Part shown: positions 1-7,140 of the stretch, piece by piece
How the letters are laid out: every line of letters begins with the position of its first letter
Position numbering within the stretch: the stretch's first letter is position 1
Assembly: GCA_043801585.1 (NCBI GenBank)
Contig: JAZDLX010000151.1
Coordinates: 1 to 30,705 of the forward strand
Direction of reading: 5' to 3'
From: a bacterium
GTDB taxonomy: Bacteria > Electryoneota > Electryoneia > Electryoneales > Electryoneaceae
Length of the DNA stretch: 30,705 nt
Notes under the pieces: generated by a model
Seen by the model: only the letters and a program-made list of their open reading frames with translations
What the model was told of the DNA's origin: nothing
The model's database searches: none
Program-made: the position numbers and the translations under genes

Positions 1-208
1 GCTTTCATTCACAGCCGCCTCGAACAATTTTGAACTGGCGATCGCGGTGGCCATTGCGGTCTTTGGCATCCACAGTGGTGAGGCGTTTGCGGCGGTGATC
101 GGTCCGCTCGTTGAGGTCCCGGTGCTGATCACGTTGGTCAATGCGGCGTTCGCACTGAGGAAACGCTGGTGGGGTCAGGGATCGGGCATAGAGCCAGCGA
201 GGGACTGA
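1..208 (+). CDS. acr3: ACR3-family arsenite efflux transporter, 3' end (truncated by window start)
   Basis: Frame from base 2 reads [47 protein letters not shown]...RD*, with TGA at 206-208. SNNFELAIA and GPLVEVPV are ACR3 signature motifs, and arsC follows. Confidence 0.95.
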   Translation, partial: LSFTAASNNFELAIAVAIAVFGIHSGEAFAAVIGPLVEVPVLITLVNAAFALRKRWWGQGSGIEPARD

Positions 209-284
209 CCGTTTTTCCTCACTAGATGCCAACAAGTCGATGACAGGTTTGAACCGTCGTTCAGGGAACCGTGGAGAAGTAACG

Positions 285-710
285 ATGAAAAAAGTGTTGA
301 TCCTGTGCACGGGCAATTCCGCACGCAGCCTGATGGCGGAGTACCTGGTCAATCGAGAACTGGGGCAGCAGTGGCAAGCGGAGTCGGCGGGTGTCGAACC
401 GAGCAGGCCCAACCCCTGGGCGATCCGTGTGCTCGAGGAACTGGGGATCGACGCCGGTGGTGCCCGCAGCAAATCCGTGGAGGAATTCCTCGAACGGGAC
501 GACTTGGACCTGGTCGTTACCGTCTGCGATCACGCTCGCGAAACCTGCCCGGTGTTCCCGCACCCGGTCAAACAGATCCACATGGGCTTTGAAGACCCCG
601 CCCCTTATTCAAACGAGCCGGAAGATATCGCCCTGGCAAAGTTCCGCGAGGTGCGCGATCTGATACGGAATCAACTGTTGCCGGTTCTCGAGCAGTTCAT
701 CTCCGATTGA
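285..710 (+). CDS. arsC: Arsenate reductase, thioredoxin-dependent (LMW-PTP fold)
   Basis: MKKVLILCTGNSARS P-loop (CX5R), VVTVCDHARETCPVFP with the two resolving Cys, and FEDP motif. GGAG SD lies before ATG 285; the ORF-track start at 240 is probably too long. Confidence 0.92.
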   Translation: MKKVLILCTGNSARSLMAEYLVNRELGQQWQAESAGVEPSRPNPWAIRVLEELGIDAGGARSKSVEEFLERDDLDLVVTVCDHARETCPVFPHPVKQIHMGFEDPAPYSNEPEDIALAKFREVRDLIRNQLLPVLEQFISD

Positions 711-738
711 GCGATTCCCGGAGATATTCGATTGCATG

Positions 739-776
739 AAAAAGGCGAATCCGATTGGATTCGCCCTTGTTTCTTT
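739..776. terminator. Bidirectional intrinsic terminator
   Basis: Perfect 9-bp stem GGCGAATCC(744-752)-GATT-GGATTCGCC(757-765), with an A-run on the left and a T-rich tail on the right. It lies between arsC and the displaced ccsA 3' end. Confidence 0.8.
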
Positions 777-792
777 CAAAGGTTCCGAAGAG

Positions 793-828
793 TCTACCCC
801 GCCACCTCGAAACTGTGCAGGCCGCCGA
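793..828. repeat. Direct repeat copy 1 (displaced 3' end of ccsA, att-like)
   Basis: TCTACCCCGCCACCTCGAAACTGTGCAGGCCGCCGA matches 2042-2077 at 35/36 positions. The minus strand reads GGLHSFEVAG*. Confidence 0.93.
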
Positions 829-946
829 TCATATTCCTCTTAAAACTATAAACTTCCCATTGGTAAGGATGTTATGTAGAGATATTCGTTTAAAGTTATA
901 TAGTTTGCTTTATTGAGCACGCTTTGAGTGATGTGAGGAGTAAAGC

Positions 947-1762
947 ATGTCGCCATTTAGGAAACCGTCATCGGCACCCTTGGGAGCAGATTGGGGGTAC
1001 AGGCTGCGAACGGGTGAACGGGGCAACTACAAATTCTGGTACGAAGACACTCAAACCGGACTTCTTTACGAGGGGAAGAAACCAAGCGACTATCGAATTG
1101 ACATCAATCGTAAGCAAAGAAGACATCCCGCGCGGAGTCGACAGATCGAGAATCCCTGGCCAAACTACCAAACCTCTTCGAATCCGGAGAAAATTGAGAC
1201 ACAAGACGGAGTCCTAATGAACTACTTCGGGATCACCGATCCTCGTGAAATTGATTTGCTTGAAGATCAAGCATATGTCCAGACAGTCACGGATGTCATT
1301 CATTACATAACACGTGATCAATCCATTACACTTTCGCTGATCCTGCGTATTCACGAAAGTATGTTCGGCAGGCTGTATCCCTGGGCGGGTAAATACAGAA
1401 CGGTCAATGTGAGCAAAGGCCAGTTCTCCTGGCCGCCGTGGGTGAATATCGAGCCCTCCATGAAAGAGTATGCGGAGAAGGTCTTAGAATCATGCACACC
1501 AGCTTGGCAGCATCCGGACGAGGTCTTTGAACGTGCTGCCATGGTTATGGGCGATTTGTTGGCCATTCATCCATTCCGTGAAGGAAACGGAAGGGTTGCA
1601 AATCTGCTTGGAAATATTCTATTTCTGCAAGTGAACTTCCCCATGCTCGACTTGCGGAAATTGAAGAAGGCCGACCTGATCCAGGCGGCCCTCTCGGCAT
1701 ACGGCAAAGACTATGATCCTTTTATCACCCTTTTACAATCTTCGATGCCCGGCGTGGAGTAG
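947..1762 (+). CDS. Fic-domain protein (FicT-like, class I)
   Basis: Fic motif HPFREGNGRVAN; FicT-like GVLMNYFGITD...LE segment; IHESMFGRLYPWAGKYRTVNVSKG flap region; GAGGAG SD before ATG 947. Confidence 0.9.
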   Translation: MSPFRKPSSAPLGADWGYRLRTGERGNYKFWYEDTQTGLLYEGKKPSDYRIDINRKQRRHPARSRQIENPWPNYQTSSNPEKIETQDGVLMNYFGITDPREIDLLEDQAYVQTVTDVIHYITRDQSITLSLILRIHESMFGRLYPWAGKYRTVNVSKGQFSWPPWVNIEPSMKEYAEKVLESCTPAWQHPDEVFERAAMVMGDLLAIHPFREGNGRVANLLGNILFLQVNFPMLDLRKLKKADLIQAALSAYGKDYDPFITLLQSSMPGVE

Positions 1763-1925
1763 GCCGGGATGAGGTGGTTTCGTAATGCTCGCGGGTCTTC
1801 TTTTTCGTAACCTGAATCCCCTCCAATCGGTTCGCACCGAATACGAAATCGACGATCATCGAGGCTCGTTTTGCGGAATCCCTGAGGAACGGATTCGTCT
1901 CGATCAAAGAACGCTTGGCGCTCAT
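1725..1925 (-). CDS. Putative FicA/VbhA-like antitoxin (66 aa)
   Basis: AAGGGGAG SD upstream of the ATG. FGANRLEGIQV resembles the (S/T)xxxE(G/N) Fic inhibitory helix (SQRLEG/SRRLEG type). Overlaps the Fic gene 3' end. Confidence 0.65.
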   Translation of the reverse strand: MSAKRSLIETNPFLRDSAKRASMIVDFVFGANRLEGIQVTKKKTREHYETTSSRPTPRRASKIVKG

Positions 1926-2041
1926 CGCAATTCACTCCCCTTACTAGCCCAACTTAACACTAATATATAGTTGCAAACGGCTCTTTAGCACAAAAAAGTG
2001 AAGTGGTAACCATTTATAAATTTAATAATGACAATTGTTCT

Positions 2042-2077
2042 TCTACCCCGCCACCTCGAAACTGTGCAGACCGCCGA
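2042..2077. repeat. Direct repeat copy 2 (current 3' end of ccsA)
   Basis: TCTACCCCGCCACCTCGAAACTGTGCAGACCGCCGA; one synonymous difference from copy 1 (GGT vs GGC, Gly). Confidence 0.93.
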
Positions 2078-3377
2078 AGAAGTAGTTCCCGAAGAAGCTG
2101 ACGAAGACGAAGATCATGCCGAGCACGATCAGCACGGCGGCGCGGGCGCCCTTCCACTCACGCTGGTAACGGGCGTGGAGGAAACCGGTGTAGAAGAGCC
2201 AGATGATCAGCGCGCCCACCTCTTTCGGATCCCAGCTCCACCACGTTCCCCAGGCCTGTTCCGCCCAGATGGCGCCTGCGAAAAGCGCGCCCACGGTATA
2301 AAGTGGGTAACCGATGGCGATGCTGGTGTAGGCCATTTCCTCGAACGCCTGACGTGGGAGGTTCAGTGTCGCCAGCCAGGTTTCGCTGTCGGAGCGAATC
2401 ATCAGGCGGTGGAAGATGGGGGTCAGCACCCAGGTGACAACGAGTGTCGGCCCGAAGAACTCGAAGATCTTGAAGTAACTGCGGCTGCTCAGTTGAAGAA
2501 TGCCGTTGCGAATGCCAAACCCGGTGATAACGGCGGAGATCAGCAGGCTGATCGCGAGCACGACAAAGAACCGCGATCCCGGATTTCCGGCTCCGTGAAG
2601 CTGTACGATCCTCTTCTGAAAAAACGGCCAGGCGATCGCGCCAACAACCATCCCGATGCCAAGGCCGATGACCCCGCGCCCCCAATAGAGGGGGGAACTA
2701 CCGGGGACAAAGGCGAAGGAGGTTATCTGGCTTGCGGACAAACGGCTGAGCTGAGTCGGGGTCAGCAGGTCCACCGGAACCGGCAGCAGACCGAATCCCT
2801 TGAGCACCAGGGTAAGGACAATCGGCACCCCGATCCAGAAAATCCCGAAAGCCATCCAGATGCGGTTGTTCACTTCGGCGAGGTTCTTGATCCCCTCGAG
2901 TTTTTCGGTCAGGAGGTAGAGCGCCGCCGCCGCAAAGGCGATCAGGAAAGCGCCGGAGCCGATCGCTGCGAGGGTGACGTGGATCGCCAGCCACGTCGAT
3001 TGCAATGCCGGCATCAACTGACGGTTCACCTCACTCGGGAGCAGGCTGGCGACGACGAGCAGGATCACCATGATCGGGTCGATGAATATGCCGATGCGGT
3101 GGTTTTTATAACGCAGGACAAAATAGAGAAGCCCCACCGCGACCATCCAGGACATCAACCCCATATACTCGTACATGTTCGCGAGAGGAATGTGTCCCTG
3201 GACGACCCAGCGGCTGAAGAATGCAACGGTGTGAGGGATTATCCCGATGGCGACAAGTGCGGTCGCGATTTGACCCAGGCGCTGTTTCTTCAACGCGATG
3301 TGCACGATGTAAAACAGGAACGCGATCAGATAGCTGTAAAATGCAATCGAATAAAACAGAGCGTCGGGGCGGTTCAT
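2043..3377 (-). CDS. ccsA: Cytochrome c biogenesis protein CcsA/ResC (system II)
   Basis: WAEQAWGTWWSWDPKE WWD motif, GHIPLANMYE, LQSTWLAIHV, C-terminal GLHS and multiple TM helices. Confidence 0.95.
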   Translation of the reverse strand: MNRPDALFYSIAFYSYLIAFLFYIVHIALKKQRLGQIATALVAIGIIPHTVAFFSRWVVQGHIPLANMYEYMGLMSWMVAVGLLYFVLRYKNHRIGIFIDPIMVILLVVASLLPSEVNRQLMPALQSTWLAIHVTLAAIGSGAFLIAFAAAALYLLTEKLEGIKNLAEVNNRIWMAFGIFWIGVPIVLTLVLKGFGLLPVPVDLLTPTQLSRLSASQITSFAFVPGSSPLYWGRGVIGLGIGMVVGAIAWPFFQKRIVQLHGAGNPGSRFFVVLAISLLISAVITGFGIRNGILQLSSRSYFKIFEFFGPTLVVTWVLTPIFHRLMIRSDSETWLATLNLPRQAFEEMAYTSIAIGYPLYTVGALFAGAIWAEQAWGTWWSWDPKEVGALIIWLFYTGFLHARYQREWKGARAAVLIVLGMIFVFVSFFGNYFFGGLHSFEVAG

Positions 3378-3922
3378 CCTTCCTCTCCCTTGTCGGCGTC
3401 ACCCTGCGACCAGCTCAGGCCGTCGTAGGCAACGAGGGTAAACGCAAGGCGGGGATCCTCCCCCGATCCACCGCTGGCAGTATGCATCCTGAAAAACTTT
3501 ATGTGTTGAAATGCCCAACTGTAATAGATGACCTTGCCATCCTTCAGGACTTCCACTTTTACCGCGGGATTCTGTTCTTCGGGGCTCAGATTAATCGGCC
3601 CTGAATCCCAATTCCAATGAGTGTAGAAATCCGTTATGCGAATTTTATAGGGTGTTCCCTCAACCTCAATCTCCTGATTGGGATTCACAGTGACTATACC
3701 GAGATCTTCGCCGTTTCCCCCCTGAATGGCGATTTTTGCGGCGGTGATCGTCGGTGTGCCGGCGTTCGAACCGTGCGTGTGCTCAACGGGAGGGACGGCA
3801 GTTTCCTGCATCTCACCAATGCTCATCTTGCCGGACGGTGCGTTATCCCGGCGGCCGGACCACCAGAACAGGAGCGCCAGGACAGCAATGGTGAAAATGA
3901 ATATGGCAATTTTGTTTCTCAT
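3374..3922 (-). CDS. Membrane-anchored periplasmic protein, ResB-loop-like
   Basis: N-terminal TM/signal segment, then beta-rich YKIRITDFY...SPEEQNPAVKVEV...SWAF. Overlaps the ccsA start by 4 bp and begins 6 bp after the ccsB stop. Confidence 0.75.
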   Translation of the reverse strand: MRNKIAIFIFTIAVLALLFWWSGRRDNAPSGKMSIGEMQETAVPPVEHTHGSNAGTPTITAAKIAIQGGNGEDLGIVTVNPNQEIEVEGTPYKIRITDFYTHWNWDSGPINLSPEEQNPAVKVEVLKDGKVIYYSWAFQHIKFFRMHTASGGSGEDPRLAFTLVAYDGLSWSQGDADKGEEG

Positions 3923-3928
3923 GCTGCT

Positions 3929-5221
3929 CTATCCTTCCATACTCTTCACCAGGGATGCAAATTTCCCGGCGAAGAGAGTACGTGAACGTTCGCTGCGGCC
4001 CCCCAGAGATGCGCTCTGCTTTTCTCCTTCTCCTTCGACGATCGCGACAATGCGGTGGGGGACGAAATACATCCCGATGATCAGTCCAAGGGAGACGATG
4101 AAAATCCCCGCCCAAACGAACGGTGCGCCGTCGTCACGGCGGACGTTGATGATGGTCGTCCAGCGGCCCTGGTCGTCCACTCGACGGTCGTCGTAGGCGG
4201 ACTGATAAAAACGATACCCTTTGAACCTCATCGGGCTGTTGACTTCGATCGTATCCGACTTGACCTCTTTACCGTCCTCGATCACGGTCAGCATGCAAAT
4301 GTAATCCTGGATGTTCGTTGCGTCGAGACGGCCGCCCTGCATTTTCCGGTCGATCCGGTTGGAAATGCGTTCCGCGGTGATGTTGTTCATCGGCCCCATG
4401 CGTGGACTGTACGTGTCCAGATCGAACGAGCCGTCACGATTCTCTCTCGTGATTCTGCCGATGATCTTGCCGTCCACTTCGACCCATTGACCACCCTGGA
4501 GCGGATAATAGAGGATCTGGAAATCATCGACCCGAGCGTTGAAGCCCCAAAGTTGCTGTTGCTGCGCATCCGCAAGAAATTCACCAGGAAGCCCCGCCAC
4601 ACGGTCATCGTATCCACCTCGGGCGATCATCGCGCCTCCCAGAACGAGCAGGACGAATCCGATGTGGACAAACCAGGCGCCCCATCGTGCCCACTGCATC
4701 TTGGTCGCATCGATGAGCAGTTCGCCCGCTTCACCGGTTTTCGTCTGGACTGTGTAACCGGCCTGACGGAGAATCTGTGGGATTCGTCCGCGCAGGTCCG
4801 TGCCGGCCAGTTTCGCCGATTCCGCCATCTCTTCGGCGTTGCCCCCGGAACGTGGGAAGGCTGGTTTGAAAGCGAGTCTCCAGATCGTGGGAGCCCGGTC
4901 GATGATGCAGACGATCAGGCTCAGCAGAAGCAGTCCCAGAAGCAGGGTATACCACCAGGAGCGGTAGGGGCTGTACATCTGGAAGAACATCAGCAGATCC
5001 GCGCGAAGCCCACCGTATGCCTGTTGGTAGAGGCGAGTGGCGCGCTCGGCGGATCCAGCGGAAATGATGAACTCATTGGCGAACAGGTTGAGGATCGACG
5101 CGGCAGTAATGATCAGGAAAAGGATGATCGCGAAACGCATCGATTTAAGCAGGTTCCACGTCTTATCCAGGAGATTGTCAACAAAGCCGGTCTGTCGCTT
5201 TTCGTTCTTTGTTTCGGCCAT
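3929..5221 (-). CDS. resB: Cytochrome c biogenesis protein CcsB/ResB
   Basis: LKSMRFAIILF, YRSWWY...SLIVCIIDR, GAWFVHIGFVLLVLGG (heme-ligand His), IEVNSPMRFKGYRFYQSAY and a C-terminal TM. Start chosen at MAETKNEK (5221), with GGAG upstream. Confidence 0.93.
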   Translation of the reverse strand: MAETKNEKRQTGFVDNLLDKTWNLLKSMRFAIILFLIITAASILNLFANEFIISAGSAERATRLYQQAYGGLRADLLMFFQMYSPYRSWWYTLLLGLLLLSLIVCIIDRAPTIWRLAFKPAFPRSGGNAEEMAESAKLAGTDLRGRIPQILRQAGYTVQTKTGEAGELLIDATKMQWARWGAWFVHIGFVLLVLGGAMIARGGYDDRVAGLPGEFLADAQQQQLWGFNARVDDFQILYYPLQGGQWVEVDGKIIGRITRENRDGSFDLDTYSPRMGPMNNITAERISNRIDRKMQGGRLDATNIQDYICMLTVIEDGKEVKSDTIEVNSPMRFKGYRFYQSAYDDRRVDDQGRWTTIINVRRDDGAPFVWAGIFIVSLGLIIGMYFVPHRIVAIVEGEGEKQSASLGGRSERSRTLFAGKFASLVKSMEG

Positions 5222-6226
5222 CGGGCCATTTTCTCCGGTCGTTAAGGAAGGCTTCACGTGCCTGACTACAAAGTGCAAACGTTGCGCAAGATACCACAAA
5301 GTGCAGGTTCCGGGCAAGTTTCACGAGCCTCTGTACCTTACGTAATAAACAGCGCAACCCGTTGAATAATCAGATGTTATAAACATGCTGGCAACTTCTT
5401 CATCCGGTCCTGTGCTCAGTTGCACAATCCCGGCACATGCCCGGTTCCGAACTCGCGAGCCCCACAAACGGAATGTCCCTGCCCCGAACGTTTGCCCTGT
5501 ACGGTTCAGATCAGTTGTTTCCATTCGCGTTCCATCGGATCGTGAATCCCGTCCGGACGGCATGAGATCCGACGGAATCATGTGTCGGGTCTCCGCTTTC
5601 CGCCATAGGTGGACAGGCGCCAACGACCCTGCACACCAAACAATAACCTTCACTAAGTGCGTTCAGTCCTCATGCTTTTCCAAACGGGATTCTGCTTGTG
5701 TGGTCATTTCATCCCCGATGCTCCTGAGACATCTCTCCGTCTCCCATCAGGATTCTGGATCGGTATTTCACTGTATACAAACATTTCGATGAATTCTTAT
5801 GCGTAATGGAGCAAACCTGGTTAAGGACTATTCCTGCCTTTTTCATCTCCTCTTTTGTCATGGAACCCGTCCAGCGTCGCTTATGGAAAGCATTTCCGAG
5901 GTTGTAGCAGGATCGTCCGAAAGCTTGAGCGAAACTTGTTTTGCGTCACAGCACACATCGTAAATACAAAAGGCAAATAACCCAAATCGCAGAGATTGCT
6001 CCTTTTTACACGCTCGAGCCCTGTGGATGGAATTTGAGGAATCGTCGCTTTGGGCTTGCGTTCGTAACGAAAGCCTTAAGAAATTGAATTCCGATGATCT
6101 GGGGATAGTGAGATCGCAGACATTCAGCTCGCTGTTGTGGTATACTCCATTGCGGAAAGGGCAAGTATTGGCTTTTCTGCAAAGTGGATTGTATCGCCTC
6201 GAGAGACCATCACGCGTAGATAGGGG

Positions 6227-6276
6227 TGTGATCGCGATCACGGATTATATACCCCACTCATGTGATTATTATCAAA
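6227..6276. promoter_or_regulatory. Two CRP/FNR-family-like boxes upstream of the pilin
   Basis: TGTGA-TCGCGA-TCACG (6227-6242; GTGATCGCGATCAC is a perfect palindrome) and TGTGA-TTATTA-TCAAA (6261-6276). Confidence 0.5.
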
Positions 6277-6342
6277 TTCAGCGACGCATAACATTCAAGC
6301 GTCAACAGCTAAAGTAGTCCGACCGAAACAGGAGAGGGAACT

Positions 6343-6810
6343 ATGGGTCAACAGCAACTTTTGCTGATCGTGCTTGGCGTGATTATTGTCGGCATCGCGG
6401 TAGCGGTGGGTATTAACATGTTCTCAAGCTCCGCGGTCGACGCGAATCGTGACGCCGTTACGGCAGATCTCGCGCATCTGGGCAGCAAAGCCCAGCAGTT
6501 CTACAAGAAGCCGACCACCATGGGTGGGGGCGGAGGTGACTTCAATGGCTTCGCGCTCGGTGCGTTGGACTCGGTCAACACGAACGGCAACTATCGTTTG
6601 ACGACATCAGCGACGACGGCTGCCACGCAAGCTGCAAATGCCGCCGCAGCGGTCGCTGTCGGCGCCACCAGCATTTCGTCAACCACCACGACGATGTATA
6701 TCGTAGGCTACGGCTCTGAAAAGGGTCGTGACAACACGAATCTCGTCCAGGCCTATGCTCTGGTGGATCCTTCCGCTGCAACTCCGGTTGTGACGTCAGT
6801 CGTCAACTGA
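6343..6810 (+). CDS. Putative major pilin (non-canonical type IV pilin-like, MGQQQLLL type)
   Basis: Hydrophobic N-terminal helix LLLIVLGVIIVGIAVAVGI, amphipathic continuation, small globular domain, strong SD (GGAGAGG) and its own terminator. First gene of the pil cluster. Confidence 0.8.
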   Translation: MGQQQLLLIVLGVIIVGIAVAVGINMFSSSAVDANRDAVTADLAHLGSKAQQFYKKPTTMGGGGGDFNGFALGALDSVNTNGNYRLTTSATTAATQAANAAAAVAVGATSISSTTTTMYIVGYGSEKGRDNTNLVQAYALVDPSAATPVVTSVVN

Positions 6811-6833
6811 TCGAGATGTAACATGCATTGCGA

Positions 6834-6869
6834 CAGGGGCGGGGCTTGCGGGTCTCGCCCCTGCGTTTT
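6834..6869 (+). terminator. Intrinsic terminator after pilin
   Basis: GC-rich stem CAGGGGCGGGG...TCTCGCCCCTG followed by CGTTTT. Confidence 0.7.
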
Positions 6870-6900
6870 GCTCGGAAAAATGGGAGAGCGATAACGTGTC

Positions 6901-7028
6901 AGAAAAAGAGTGACAGTAACTCTTTTTCCGGTTCGGTTGCCGAGTAGCTTGTTCAATCTGGAAGATTCGGGAATCGAGACTGACACTCCGTGCAGGTAGA
7001 AAAAGAGTTACTGTCACTTATTTCTACC
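6901..7028. repeat. Inverted pair of palindromic REP-like units
   Basis: GAAAAAGAGTGACAGTAACTCTTTTTC (6902-6928) and GGTAGAAAAAGAGTTACTGTCACTTATTTCTACC (6995-7028). Each is a hairpin, and they are reverse complements over 20 bp. Confidence 0.75.
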
Positions 7029-7140
7029 GGAAATTCTCAGACGGTTCAAGAGGCTGTCGCTATTACATTGTCTGAAAACTTCTGGAACTTGTTCGAACGA
7101 CGATGCAACATGGGTTTACACAAAAGGCTCAGGAAACACG

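Larger units (their letters stand above)
793..2077. mobile_element. Small integrated genomic islet (Fic toxin-antitoxin-like cargo) at the ccsA 3' end
   Basis: Bounded by the 36-bp direct repeat, with AT-rich inner flanks (830-945, 1940-2040) and accessory cargo. No integrase inside. Confidence 0.8.

Noticed and set aside
852..882. dif-like Xer site in the islet flank (ACTTCCCATTG...TTATGTAGA)
   Set aside because: Arm spacing is 9 bp rather than 6 and the matches are weak.
2028..5245. Long plus-strand ORFs 2028-3428 and 4055-5245
   Set aside because: Antisense shadows of ccsA and ccsB, as expected from GC-rich codon bias; no domain signal.
5900..5990. c-di-GMP-I riboswitch (GACGCAAA on the minus strand)
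   Set aside because: The upstream GGCAAA/GAAA-tetraloop stem is missing.
6138..6153. Sigma54 promoter for the pilin
   Set aside because: GG-to-GC spacing is 11, not 10; it reads better as an extended -10.
5321..6317. Small ORFs in the ccsB-pilin intergenic region
   Set aside because: No convincing SD or protein-like motifs, and they overlap each other in conflicting frames.
6343..6810. Electrically conductive e-pilin next to cytochrome c genes
   Set aside because: Only 9 Phe/Tyr and no Trp in 155 aa, with long aromatic-free gaps; no heme-binding cytochrome gene is recognisable in the window.
6901..7028. CRISPR array
   Set aside because: Only two units, in inverted orientation, and no cas genes.
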